From Candidatus Angelobacter sp. (GTDB lineage: Bacteria > Acidobacteriota > Terriglobia > Terriglobales > Acidobacteriaceae): a DNA stretch of 64,000 bases. The DNA is taken from NCBI GenBank assembly GCA_036496525.1, contig DASXKZ010000011.1:27207-91206 (forward strand). The letters run 5' to 3'. The position numbers and the translations under genes were made by a program. Positions within the stretch are counted from its first letter, which is position 1; every line of letters starts with the position of its first letter. The notes under the pieces were generated by a model. The model had not been told where the DNA came from. It did not search any database and was given only the letters and a program-made list of their open reading frames with translations. Positions 28,084-36,965 of this stretch are shown in pieces.

Positions 28084-28553
28084 TCCGCCAGCTGCTCCAG
28101 CGCTTCCCCGCGCAGCAGCATGGTTTCCCATTCGCCCAGAAGCTCCGCGCCCAGCGATTCATAAAACTTCAACGCCGGATCGTTCCACTCCAGCACCATC
28201 CAGCGCAGGCCATAACATTTTTCTTCCAGGGCAATCTGGGCCAGACGCTGGAGTAGCGCTTTGCCGATGCCTTTACCGCGCATCTCAACCAGTACAAAAA
28301 GATCTTCAAGATAGAGTCCCGCGTGGCCCCGCCACGTTGAGTAGTTGTAATGAAAAAGCGCAAAGCCTGCGGGAGCGCCGTCCCATTCGGCAATCAGGCA
28401 GCGATATTTTGGCTCAGAACCGAAACCATCGCGGATGAGGTCAGCTTCCGTAGCTACCACGGCATCCGGCTCACGCTCATACTCAGCAAGACGGTGGATA
28501 AAATCGAGGATCAGGGGTGCGTCATGGACGGTGGCTTTACGGATGGAAAGCAT
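28041..28553 (-). CDS. GNAT-family N-acetyltransferase (diamine/spermidine acetyltransferase-like)
   Basis: 170-aa ORF with LFVLVEMRGKGIGKALL motif. The last roughly 12 codons (LPQRTQRNTEKP) and the stop lie inside repeat E2. Confidence 0.75.
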   Translation of the reverse strand: MLSIRKATVHDAPLILDFIHRLAEYEREPDAVVATEADLIRDGFGSEPKYRCLIAEWDGAPAGFALFHYNYSTWRGHAGLYLEDLFVLVEMRGKGIGKALLQRLAQIALEEKCYGLRWMVLEWNDPALKFYESLGAELLGEWETMLLRGEALEQLAEVLPQRTQRNTEKP

Positions 28554-28563
28554 TCTTTAAAAG

Positions 28564-28600
28564 TTACCGCAGAGGGCGCGAAGGGGCAAAGGAGCGGTAC
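28564..28600. repeat. Single-arm copy of the word repeat (E3)
   Basis: ttaccgcagagggcgcgaaggggcaaaggagcggtac uses the same CGCAGAGG/GCGAAGG/GCAAAGG words. No partner arm is seen nearby. Confidence 0.6.
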
Positions 28601-28683
28601 TTAGTATATGGTATTTTAGCCACAAGTCCGCGTCAGTGTTCTTGAAGGCCCGATGTCTTGAATTCCAGATCACTCGGTCTCCT

Positions 28684-29718
28684 TCACGCTGTCGCTTTGA
28701 ACTGCGCCAGCGCTTCATCTTCAGCTTCGTAATGAAACTGCGCGTGCGGCTGGGAGGGCGGATTGGCCCGGTCCCATGCAATGGTGCGACGGATCGCTTC
28801 TTCACGTGACAGTAGCTCTCGATATCCCAGCTCTTTGCGGACGCGCTCAGAGGACGCAACCAGATGTTGTGCCGTGTTCCCCGGCCAGAGCAAGTGCTGG
28901 GGAGTGCGGTCATGCGGCAGCACAACAAACTCTCCTGTCCAGGTTGTGGCTGCAGCAATTTTGCGCGCCCAATCCAGTTCGCCGAAGGATTCGGTTTCGC
29001 AAACGTTGTAGATGCGGCCGACGGATTGTGACGATGTTGCCGCGAGCGCGACGCCGGCGCCCACGTCTTCCACGTATCCGCGCGGCGTTCTCATAGCAGC
29101 TACGTCATCGGCAAAGATGATCTGCTTTTGTCCATCGTCGATACGCTTTAATACCGGATGAAATCGCTGCGCGGGATCGCCCGGACCATAGATCATGGGC
29201 AGGCGCAAGATTGTGCCGGGAAGTTTGCGATCACCGAGAATGGCCTGTTCTACTGGAATCTTGTCATACTCTTCGTCGATCCAGCCGTATACGCTGCGCG
29301 CTCTCTTCAGAGCTTCCGGCGGATAAGTGTTCCGGCTTGCCCTGAGCTCTGAGTCTTCCGTCAGCGGCAGTTCCTGCAAGCCGCCGGGTTCCGCGCTGTA
29401 AAAGACGCCCCAGGCGCGATATACGTCCATGCTGCTGAGCCCAACGACCCGGCCCGTGATGCCGCGGAAAGTGTCCATCAAGTGCTGCGCCTGGCGTCCT
29501 GAGCTGAGAATGAAATCTACTACCACATCAAATTTTTGCCGCCGGAATTCAGGTTGATGACCCTGAAGAAACTGGCGATCGCCAATAATTTCTTCAGCGC
29601 CCGCGGGTGCGCTGGTTTTGCCGCGATGGAAAATGGTAACGTGATGGCCGCTCTGTTGAAGGTGCTGGGTGGTGAATTGTCCGATAAAACCGCTGCCGCC
29701 AATGAGAAGAATTTTCAT
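28684..29718 (-). CDS. NAD-dependent epimerase/dehydratase family protein
   Basis: 344-aa ORF with MKILLIGGSGFIGQ Rossmann motif. Confidence 0.8.
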   Translation of the reverse strand: MKILLIGGSGFIGQFTTQHLQQSGHHVTIFHRGKTSAPAGAEEIIGDRQFLQGHQPEFRRQKFDVVVDFILSSGRQAQHLMDTFRGITGRVVGLSSMDVYRAWGVFYSAEPGGLQELPLTEDSELRASRNTYPPEALKRARSVYGWIDEEYDKIPVEQAILGDRKLPGTILRLPMIYGPGDPAQRFHPVLKRIDDGQKQIIFADDVAAMRTPRGYVEDVGAGVALAATSSQSVGRIYNVCETESFGELDWARKIAAATTWTGEFVVLPHDRTPQHLLWPGNTAQHLVASSERVRKELGYRELLSREEAIRRTIAWDRANPPSQPHAQFHYEAEDEALAQFKATA

Positions 29719-29963
29719 ATTTGTATCTCGAATTCTCTGGGCTGAAAGCCCGTCTCCTTAGACACGCGGCCCTGAAGGGCCATTCTTTCACCGGCGCAGC
29801 GCTCAAAGGCTTTGCACAAATAGATTAAGATCGCTGCGCTTGATAAAAGTTTCACAGCACCAACACCGACACCCGGGGTGATCGTTCCGCCTGCGGGCTG
29901 GCAGAAGGCTACGGGCTGCAGCGAGCAACCAAGGGCGATCACAAGTACGGCGAGCGTCTTCAT
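29715..29963 (-). CDS. Possible small secreted/lipoprotein (hypothetical)
   Basis: 82 aa from ATG 29963. MKTLAVLVIALGCS is a signal/lipobox-like N-terminus. The stop overlaps the epimerase ATG (ATGA). No clear SD. Confidence 0.3.
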   Translation of the reverse strand: MKTLAVLVIALGCSLQPVAFCQPAGGTITPGVGVGAVKLLSSAAILIYLCKAFERCAGERMALQGRVSKETGFQPREFEIQI

Positions 29964-30139
29964 CTCGATTATCAAAGGATATCCAAAATATACCGGAATA
30001 CCGCCATGCTCGTCAGGTCATCCGGTTTCCTGCGCAACGCGCTGATACAATGGAGGTGAGCCCGCGCATCCACGCATCTAAAGAATGCGGGTCTTCTGTT
30101 AATCCCGTCATAATCTGACTTTGAGAACCGGGTTGCTCT

Positions 30140-31501
30140 ATGTTTGAAAATCTTCAGGAAAAACTGCAACGGGCGTTCAAAAACCTGCGCGGACAGGGCA
30201 CGCTCACGCAGGAAAATATTCAGGAAGCGCTGAAAGAAATCCGCATGGCGCTGTTGGAAGCCGACGTTAACTTCAAGGTGGTCAAAACGTTTATTGACCG
30301 CGTGCAGGAAAAAGCTGTTGGACAGGAAGTTATGACGGCCCTCTCTCCTGCCCAGCAGATCGTCAAGCTGGTACACGACGAACTGGTTGAAGTGCTGGGC
30401 AAGGACACTGCCAAACTCAAGTTCGCTTCTCAGCCGCCGTCTGTCATACTGATGGCCGGCCTGCAGGGCTCCGGCAAGACCACCACCTCCGGCAAGCTTG
30501 CTGCGTGGCTCAAAAAGGGCGGACACCGGCCCATGCTGGTTTCCGTCGACGTGTATCGTCCTGCGGCGCGCCAACAGTTGAGAGTCGTGGCGGAGGCCAT
30601 CAAAGCCAATCTTTATGAAGGCAAGGTTGAGACCGCTGATACTCCCACAGTCGAGCGGCTGGCTAAAGAAGCGCGCAAGGAAGCTATCAACGGCGGCTGC
30701 AATTTCCTGATCGTTGATACCGCCGGCCGCCTGCACATTGATGACGAGTTAATGTCAGAAATGCAGTCGCTCAAGAAGATTCTCAATCCGCAGGAAATCC
30801 TGTTTGTGGCCGATGCCATGACCGGCCAGGACGCGGTCCGCTCCGCCGACGAGTTCCACAAAAAACTTTCCATCACTGGCGTGGTGCTCACCAAGATGGA
30901 TGGCGATGCACGCGGCGGCGCTGCGCTTTCCATACGCCAGGTCACGGGGCAGCCTATCAAGTTCATAGGCGTGGGCGAAAAGTATGACGCGCTGGAGCCG
31001 TTTCATCCTGACCGCATCGTCGGGCGCATCCTGGGCATGGGCGATATTCTTACGCTGGTAGAAAAAGCGCAGGAAACCGTTGACCAGAAGAAGGCAGAAG
31101 AATTTGCCAAGAAGGCCCTTGGCGGTGAAGGTTTCTCGCTAGAAGATTTTCGCGACCAGCTTCGTCAGGTCAAGAAGCTGGGCTCGCTGCAGAGCGTCAT
31201 CAAGATGCTTCCCAGCATTGGCCCATTCGCCAATATGCAAAAGGCCGCCGACTCAGTCGACGAAAGCCAGATCACACGCGTGGAAGCCATCATCAATTCC
31301 ATGACGGCGAAAGAGCGCACGCACCACGAGATCATCAACGGCAGCCGGCGCAAGCGCATTGCTCGCGGCTCCGGCACCAGCGTGCAGGAAGTGAACCAGC
31401 TTCTGCGCCAGTACGCCCAGATGCGCAAGATGTTCAAGGACATGGGCAAATCCAGCTTCAGCCGCAAGCTGGCCGGGATGAAACTGCCGGGAATGCGATA
31501 G
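30140..31501 (+). CDS. ffh: Signal recognition particle protein Ffh
   Basis: 453-aa ORF with GLQGSGKTT, DTAGR, TKMDGDARGG and a Met-rich M domain. Confidence 0.95.
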   Translation: MFENLQEKLQRAFKNLRGQGTLTQENIQEALKEIRMALLEADVNFKVVKTFIDRVQEKAVGQEVMTALSPAQQIVKLVHDELVEVLGKDTAKLKFASQPPSVILMAGLQGSGKTTTSGKLAAWLKKGGHRPMLVSVDVYRPAARQQLRVVAEAIKANLYEGKVETADTPTVERLAKEARKEAINGGCNFLIVDTAGRLHIDDELMSEMQSLKKILNPQEILFVADAMTGQDAVRSADEFHKKLSITGVVLTKMDGDARGGAALSIRQVTGQPIKFIGVGEKYDALEPFHPDRIVGRILGMGDILTLVEKAQETVDQKKAEEFAKKALGGEGFSLEDFRDQLRQVKKLGSLQSVIKMLPSIGPFANMQKAADSVDESQITRVEAIINSMTAKERTHHEIINGSRRKRIARGSGTSVQEVNQLLRQYAQMRKMFKDMGKSSFSRKLAGMKLPGMR

Positions 31502-31513
31502 GTTCTTCTTTCT

Positions 31514-31674
31514 GAAATCCCGAGCGCAGCGAGGGAGCCCTATTACTACGATTAATTAGAGGACCACGAGTTACAATCCTGTCCCCTATAGGCAACAGGC
31601 GATCTAAAATCTCGTTTCGTATTACTTCAGTCTTTTCGTAACAGTAGGGCTCCCTCGCTCCGCTCGGGGATAAG
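31514..31674. mobile_element. MITE-like inverted-repeat element B1
   Basis: Arms gaaatcccgagcgcagcgagggagccctattac (31514-31546) and gtaacagtagggctccctcgctccgctcggggataag (31638-31674) flank a roughly 90-bp AT-rich core. Related copies occur at 46972-47110 and 58008-58165. Confidence 0.6.
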
Positions 31675-31680
31675 ACAACA

Positions 31681-32346
31681 ATGACTCTCAACCAACAATT
31701 CGACGCTCTCACCGCCAAGCTGCGCGCCATGGTCTCGGCCGAGCGCCTGCTTGTTGTCGATCGATTCGCAGAGGAGTTAGTAAAGTCCGGACTAGACGGC
31801 CGCACGCTCAAAGCCGGCGATCCTGCTCCTGTGTTCGAACTGCCTGACGGCGACGGCATCCTGTGGCGATCGGAAGATCTGCTCCGCGGCGGTCCACTGG
31901 CAATCGTCTTTTATCGCGGACGCTGGTGTGCCTACTGCAATGCCCAGCTGGCAGCATTGCAGGAAATCCATCCTAAGCTCGCTGCGGCAGGCGCTTCGCT
32001 CGTCGCCATCTCGCCGCAAACGCAGAAGCACTCTTACATGACGCGCGACATGCACAAGCTGCGCTTCCCTGTCCTGAGCGATCAGGGAAATCAGGTGGCG
32101 CGAAAATTCGGGCTCGTCTATCGGCTCTCGCCGGAGCTGCAGACGATGTACGAAAGCATCATGACAAAACTACCGGGCTATAACGGTGACCAGAGCTGGG
32201 AGCTGCCGCTCGCGGCGACTTATGTGGTGCAACCCGATGGAAAGATTTCATGGGCGAGAGTTGATGCGGATTGGCGTAAGAAGCCGGAGCCGGAAGAACT
32301 TTTGCAAGTCGTGACTGATTCCGTCGGGAAAAACGACGCTGTTTAG
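31681..32346 (+). CDS. Peroxiredoxin-like (AhpC/TSA thioredoxin-fold) protein
   Basis: 221-aa ORF with FYRGRWCAYCN and FPVLSD motifs. Confidence 0.75.
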   Translation: MTLNQQFDALTAKLRAMVSAERLLVVDRFAEELVKSGLDGRTLKAGDPAPVFELPDGDGILWRSEDLLRGGPLAIVFYRGRWCAYCNAQLAALQEIHPKLAAAGASLVAISPQTQKHSYMTRDMHKLRFPVLSDQGNQVARKFGLVYRLSPELQTMYESIMTKLPGYNGDQSWELPLAATYVVQPDGKISWARVDADWRKKPEPEELLQVVTDSVGKNDAV

Positions 32347-33038
32347 AAGTGTTCTTGCAGCTCCACAAACTTTTCTACTTGAATCAGCTTCAGCCCGTCC
32401 GGAGCAGGATTCACCGACTCATGCTCCAGAGCCCATGTGAGATCATGCGGCACAAAGACGGCATTGATCCCCGCCGCCAGCGCCGGATTAATGTCTGACC
32501 TGGGACTGTTGCCGACCATCCACGTAACTTGCGGATCAAACTCATACTTGGCGACGATCTCCTTATAGGCAGACTCGGTCTTTTCCGCCACAATCTCGAC
32601 AGCCGAAAAATATTCCTTGATGCCGGAGCGCTCCACCTTGCCGGATTGCTCGGTGAAGTCGCCTTTGGTCATCAGCACCATGTGGTGGCCTCGACCTGAA
32701 AGATAGTTCAGCGTCTCCTGCACCCCCTCAATCAGCTCAATGGGATAATTCGATACCTTGTGAGCAAAGCCCCAGATGAATTCATGCAGTTCCGGCGTGA
32801 CTGGTTTTTCTGAGAGGCGCTCAAAGCACTTGACCAGCGAATGAGAGAAGCTGTGCGATCCATAGCCGCGCTCCAGCACCGTCTCACGCTCGACCTCATA
32901 CAGAAATTTCCGGACTTCGTCCGGAGAAAGGTGCTGATGGTTCAGCCGCTCAATGAAGTCGGCAATCGCCTGATCAAAGTAAACGTTGTTTTCCCAGAGC
33001 GTGTCGTCGGCGTCAATGAGGAGAGTTTGTGGAACCAT
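32343..33038 (-). CDS. HAD-superfamily hydrolase
   Basis: 231-aa ORF with the DxD motif LLIDADDTLW, plus later MTKGD and GNSPRSD. Confidence 0.8.
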   Translation of the reverse strand: MVPQTLLIDADDTLWENNVYFDQAIADFIERLNHQHLSPDEVRKFLYEVERETVLERGYGSHSFSHSLVKCFERLSEKPVTPELHEFIWGFAHKVSNYPIELIEGVQETLNYLSGRGHHMVLMTKGDFTEQSGKVERSGIKEYFSAVEIVAEKTESAYKEIVAKYEFDPQVTWMVGNSPRSDINPALAAGINAVFVPHDLTWALEHESVNPAPDGLKLIQVEKFVELQEHF

Positions 33039-33041
33039 TCA

Positions 33042-33250
33042 CAGAAAATCTACCACGGAGGCACAGAGACACGGAGGAAAACAGGGGAGATAAAGAGTCT
33101 CACAGATATCGGTTGTACATTTATTCATGGATCGAAGCTTGGAGGCGTCGTCCTACCAAGAAAGCTCGAAACAAGCCATGAACGTGCCTATTCCAAAGCC
33201 ATTTTGATTTGCTTTTCTCTGTGTCTCTATGCCTCCGTGGTGGTTTTTCT
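33042..33250. repeat. Word-tandem inverted-repeat element E4
   Basis: The left arm is ctaccacggaggcacagagacacggaggaaaac (33050-33082). The right arm is gcttttctctgtgtctctatgcctccgtggtggttttt (33211-33248). The spacer is about 130 bp, and the element lies in a divergent promoter region. Confidence 0.8.
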
Positions 33251-33302
33251 GCGCATCCCCGGCGAATGCTCCAAGGCATCCAGGGCTGCTAGAATCTTGG
33301 CT

Positions 33303-35018
33303 ATGAAAACAGAACGCTGTCTGTTGGCACTTTTCTTCGCGATGGTCCTTCCGGGAACGCTCTTGGCCCAGGCAGGCCGCCGTGCCGCGCCTCCGCCCAA
33401 GACCGCCGACAAATGTCTTTTGAAAGAGAACGTGAATGAAGATATTGCCGCGCAGGTAAACAAGTTCAAGCTTGTTTCCATGCCTTTCAGCGTGAATGGC
33501 CTCACCGAAAATGAACGCAAGATGGTTTACAAGCTCGTGGAGGCCTCGCAGTTTCTGGAGAGTATTTACTGGCGGCAGAGCGATCCTAAAGGGCTGGAAC
33601 TGTACAAGCGTTTGCTCGGCTGCAACCAGGTAATGAACCAGAAGATCCGCCGCTTCTTGATGATCAACGGCAGCCGCTATGATCTGCTGGAAAACCAGAA
33701 GCCATTCATCGGTAGCCATCCTTTTTCTCCCGGCCGTGCTCTTTACCCCGCCGGCATCACGCGCCAGGAAATCGAGACCTACGTAGCCAAGCATCCGGAA
33801 AAGAAAGCCCAGATTTACAGCCCGTTCACTGTCGTGAAGCGCCAGGGCGGCGAACTAATTGGAGTTCCTTATCACGTTGAATACAAGCCATGGCTGGTGA
33901 GAGCGGCAAAGGCCCTGCGTGAAGCCGCAGCGCTGAGTCCGGACAAGGCTTTCGCCAACTTCCTGCACTTGCGAGCAGACGCACTGCTTACCGACGACTA
34001 TTACAAGAGCGATCTTGCATGGCTGGATCTGGAGAACCCAAAGTTCGACATTATTTTTGCTCCGTATGAAACCTATCTAGACGATCTGCTGGGAGTGAAA
34101 ACTTCTTACGGCGCGGCGGTGATGATCCGCAATCAGGAAGAAAGCGCCAGCCTGGATACTTTCAAGAAATATGTCCCAGACATACAGGACGCGCTGCCTC
34201 TTGCGCCGGAAGACCGGCCGTCGATGCAGGGCAAGAGCACGCCGATGGAGGTAATGGATACACCATTCCGTGCCGGCGATCTGCGCCACGGATATCAGGC
34301 CGTGGCGGACAATTTGCCGAACGATCCGCGCATCCACCAGGAAAAAGGAACCAAGAAAATCTTTTTCAAGAATTACATGGATGCCCGCGTGAACTACGTC
34401 GTGCTGCCCATCGGCAAGCAACTGATGCGGGAAGATCAGGCGGCGCTCGCCAGTATGGAAGGCTATCTAGCCGTGGTGCTGATGCATGAAATCTGCCACG
34501 GACTGGGCCCGGCATATGCTCGCACCGCTGCCGGCAAAGCCGATATTCGCGAGTCCATTGGGCCAACATACGCAGGGCTGGAAGAAGCCAAGGCCGATAT
34601 CGTAGGCCTGTTCGCGCTGAACGGGCTGATGGATAAGGGCGTGATACAAAAGACGCAGGCCAATACATTTTATGCGTCGCATGTGGCAGGGATTTTTCGT
34701 ACGGTGCGCTTTGGCGTGGCTGAAGCGCATGGCCGCGCAGAGATGATGGAATTCAACTACCTTGCGGAGCAGGGCGCGATCACCTTTGATCCCAAGACCT
34801 CAAAGTATGCAATTGATTTCACAAAGATGCCGGATGCGATTGCCGCGCTGGCCAAGGAACTGCTGGAAATTGAGGCCACGGGTGACAGGAATCGCGCTGA
34901 ACAATGGTTTAAAAAGTATGATTCCATGCCGGCTGAGTTAAAATCGGCGCTAACGAACGTGAAAGATGTGCCCGTGGACATTGATCCGGTCAGCGCATTT
35001 GGAGAGCAGATTCAATGA
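33303..35018 (+). CDS. Secreted zinc metallopeptidase, dipeptidyl-peptidase III (M49)-like with a pentapeptide HExxH motif
   Basis: Start set at ATG 33303 (MKTERCLLALFFAMVLPGTLLAQA signal peptide); the track ORF extends upstream through repeat E4. Motifs are VLMHEICHGLGP and LEEAKADIVGL, matching the second Zn-ligand motif EExK/RAE/D of M49. Confidence 0.65.
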   Translation: MKTERCLLALFFAMVLPGTLLAQAGRRAAPPPKTADKCLLKENVNEDIAAQVNKFKLVSMPFSVNGLTENERKMVYKLVEASQFLESIYWRQSDPKGLELYKRLLGCNQVMNQKIRRFLMINGSRYDLLENQKPFIGSHPFSPGRALYPAGITRQEIETYVAKHPEKKAQIYSPFTVVKRQGGELIGVPYHVEYKPWLVRAAKALREAAALSPDKAFANFLHLRADALLTDDYYKSDLAWLDLENPKFDIIFAPYETYLDDLLGVKTSYGAAVMIRNQEESASLDTFKKYVPDIQDALPLAPEDRPSMQGKSTPMEVMDTPFRAGDLRHGYQAVADNLPNDPRIHQEKGTKKIFFKNYMDARVNYVVLPIGKQLMREDQAALASMEGYLAVVLMHEICHGLGPAYARTAAGKADIRESIGPTYAGLEEAKADIVGLFALNGLMDKGVIQKTQANTFYASHVAGIFRTVRFGVAEAHGRAEMMEFNYLAEQGAITFDPKTSKYAIDFTKMPDAIAALAKELLEIEATGDRNRAEQWFKKYDSMPAELKSALTNVKDVPVDIDPVSAFGEQIQ

Positions 35019-35371
35019 GGCCTACGACGGAAGCCCAAAATCCAGAAGAACGCCGCAGGTTTGAGCGAGTGGACATCGCGCACCAGTCACAGGTGCTGGT
35101 AATGGATGCCAAAGGCGGGCAAACCGGCGTGCTGCGCCAGCTGGCGCGCGGCGGCTTTATGATGGAACCTGACCGGCACTACACCGAAGACAGCAAAATC
35201 TATACCTTCACCATCCACGAGCCGACGGAGGACATCCGCGTGCGCGTGAATGCGCGCCTTCGCTTTGCCGACCAGCAGTATGCCGGCTTTGAATTTGTAG
35301 ACCTTGATCCTGAAGCAGCCGTAGAAATAGGACACATCATCGGCAAGTATTACGAGCACACCAAGGCGTAA
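35015..35371 (+). CDS. PilZ-domain protein (second motif degenerate)
   Basis: 118-aa ORF whose ATG overlaps the peptidase stop (ATGA). RRRFERV provides the RxxxR motif. QLARGGF sits where D/NxSxxG is expected. Confidence 0.55.
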   Translation: MRPTTEAQNPEERRRFERVDIAHQSQVLVMDAKGGQTGVLRQLARGGFMMEPDRHYTEDSKIYTFTIHEPTEDIRVRVNARLRFADQQYAGFEFVDLDPEAAVEIGHIIGKYYEHTKA

Positions 35372-35380
35372 GCCCTAACA

Positions 35381-35530
35381 ACTTACTGCGGATTTGCGGG
35401 GATGATCGCGGATCAGTGGAGATTTATGAACGGCGATCCATCCAGTGTTATCTAATTGCCGTTGTGCGGTTTTTTCTCTCTGCGTCCTAAATTCTTATCC
35501 GCGACGATCCGCGTTAATCAGCGGTAAGGT
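35381..35530. repeat. Word-tandem inverted-repeat element E5
   Basis: acttactgcggatttgcggggatgatcgcggatcagtgg (35381-35419) faces cttatccgcgacgatccgcgttaatcagcggtaaggt (35494-35530). It lies between convergent genes. Confidence 0.8.
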
Positions 35531-35573
35531 TTTGCTTTTTTCTGATTGCGGCGATGACGCACGATTTCGGCGA

Positions 35574-35990
35574 TTACTGATCCAGCACAGGTTCTCTGCG
35601 AAATCTGACCGCGTGGTTGGCCAGGCGATTGGCTTCCTGATTTTGTTCGCGCGGAATGTGGGAAATGCAGAATTTCAGGGTGCGGGCCAGCTTGCGGCAC
35701 ATCCAGTGGAGAGAGTAAAGTCGAGGGCTGCGGCAGGAATACTCTCCGGTCATCTGTTTCACTACCAGTTCTGAGTCGCTAAAGACGCTCAGTGATGTGG
35801 CATTGAGTTCCAGCGCGCACTGTAGGGCTTCCAGCAGGGCGGCATATTCGGCCACATTATTGTCATGGTGGCCAATCCAGCGGGCGATCCGGATCATTTC
35901 TCCGTCCGGCTTCTCAATCAGAACGCCAATACCAGATGGCCCCGGACTGCCGTGGGAGCCACCGTCGACATAGGCGATGAGATCTGACAT
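35574..35990 (-). CDS. Ribonuclease HI-family protein
   Basis: 138-aa ORF with DEDD-type residues in YVDGGS, NNVAEYAAL, SDSELV and NRLANHA. Confidence 0.8.
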   Translation of the reverse strand: MSDLIAYVDGGSHGSPGPSGIGVLIEKPDGEMIRIARWIGHHDNNVAEYAALLEALQCALELNATSLSVFSDSELVVKQMTGEYSCRSPRLYSLHWMCRKLARTLKFCISHIPREQNQEANRLANHAVRFRREPVLDQ

Positions 35991-36215
35991 CCTTAGTCTC
36001 TAAGAGACACAATGAGGCAGATCAGGTTGTGCCGTCAAGAACATCTTTGGTTCATTCGCACGTTTGGACCGGCACTTTCGGCATAAAGATTTTGTGGAAA
36101 CTGCTGTGGAAATCACGGACAGGGCAGAAAGAGCGTTCTCGCGACCGCATTTTATCAGTGCTTTTCAAATCGGGAATATGAGGAAAAAAATCTTCGTTTG
36201 CACAGATCATGGGCG

Positions 36216-36243
36216 TTGACTTTTCACGGTCTTCAGCTAGGAT
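36216..36243 (+). promoter_or_regulatory. Candidate sigma70-type promoter inside the ORF-poor region
   Basis: TTGACT (36216-36221), 16-nt spacer, TAGGAT (36238-36243). An ATG at 36249 would be essentially leaderless. Confidence 0.3.
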
Positions 36244-36782
36244 CACACATGTCGACGGTCGAAAGGGTTAGCCAAAATAAACAGTGGCTGATCCGAAGTA
36301 GACTGAGTGACCAGGTTCAGTGGAGCGATCCAGTGAACACCCAGACCCGAAAAAACCGACAGGCTCTGCGAGGAGCAGGTTGGGGTCAGGAACTGCGAAA
36401 GCAGTGGTCGCATCAAGGGCTGTGACGGTACATGCATCCACGTTGTTAACTCCCTCGCAGGAGTTGGCGGCTAGAGCATAACCAATGTCACAGCCTTTAC
36501 TATTTTCAAAACAAATTTCCATCCTTAGCTTTCTACCCCTCCCGCGGAACACTTCCTATCCCAAACTGTCTGGCTGTCTCGATTATCAGCTTTTCCGGCC
36601 TCTATTTCGTTCGTCATTGATCTCGGCGACCGTTGGCTTTTCGCTTTTACGACAACAAAACATTTTCTGTTCCGCAGGATCGCCAATTGTGTCTAATCCT
36701 TTAGCGGCTAGATTTGAGTAACCGGCGCGAACCTTGGCAATTCTTGTTCCGCCTATTATCCGACTCCTGGCTGCGCTCCTTA

Positions 36783-36817
36783 GGGTTTCAGGTATAGCTG
36801 CCTGAAACCCATTTTTG
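36783..36817 (+). terminator. Rho-independent terminator (plus-strand orientation) with no convincing upstream gene
   Basis: gggtttcagg-tatagctg-cctgaaaccc (perfect 10-bp stem) followed by atttttg. Confidence 0.65.
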
Positions 36818-36919
36818 TTGCTCGCGTGCGTGTCCGGGGCGACACAGTGTCTTCTTTCACACACGCACACCCTCCTTTTAGTAGATCATTAAGTATTTAT
36901 TTAGCAATACCTTACGTAT

Positions 36920-36935
36920 TGGCTGCCGTTCTGCT
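36920..36935 (+). promoter_or_regulatory. Candidate sigma54 -24/-12 element upstream of the L,D-transpeptidase gene
   Basis: TGGCTGCCGTTCTGCT has GG and GC at the canonical spacing of TGGCAC-N5-TTGC, but several flanking mismatches. Confidence 0.3.
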
Positions 36936-36941
36936 CTTAAT

Positions 36942-36965
36942 CCTAGTGTCACACGACACTAGGAG
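36942..36965 (+). promoter_or_regulatory. Perfect 9-bp hairpin overlapping the SD of 36974..37810
   Basis: cctagtgtc-acac-gacactagg, where the 3-prime arm runs into the aggag SD 9 nt before the ATG. Confidence 0.5.

Noticed and set aside
28019-28438. Plus-strand 139-aa ORF and other small ORFs crossing repeat elements (for example 27766..28002, 39401..39784, 51278..51475)
   Set aside because: Their sequences are translated repeat words (…HRGTQR…, …GVGWGHVGSNGVE…) or are antisense to the GNAT gene. No independent coding evidence exists.
29972-30736. 254-aa minus-strand ORF
   Set aside because: It lies entirely antisense to the well-supported ffh gene. It has Arg/Leu/Ala-rich shadow composition and no recognisable motifs.
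33319-33334. TGGCAC-containing strings (for example TGGCACTTTTCTTCGC here and TGGCACGGCATTTTCA at about 12136) considered as sigma54 promoters
   Set aside because: They lie inside coding sequences and lack the conserved TTGC -12 element.
36466-36480. GYALAA-coding stretch reminiscent of a tmRNA tag (…YALAA)
   Set aside because: No stop codon follows (next codons AAC TCC). There is no tRNA-like 3-prime domain (no GGTTCGAATCC...CCA) nearby and no GGGGCTGA-type 5-prime end. It is treated as coincidence.
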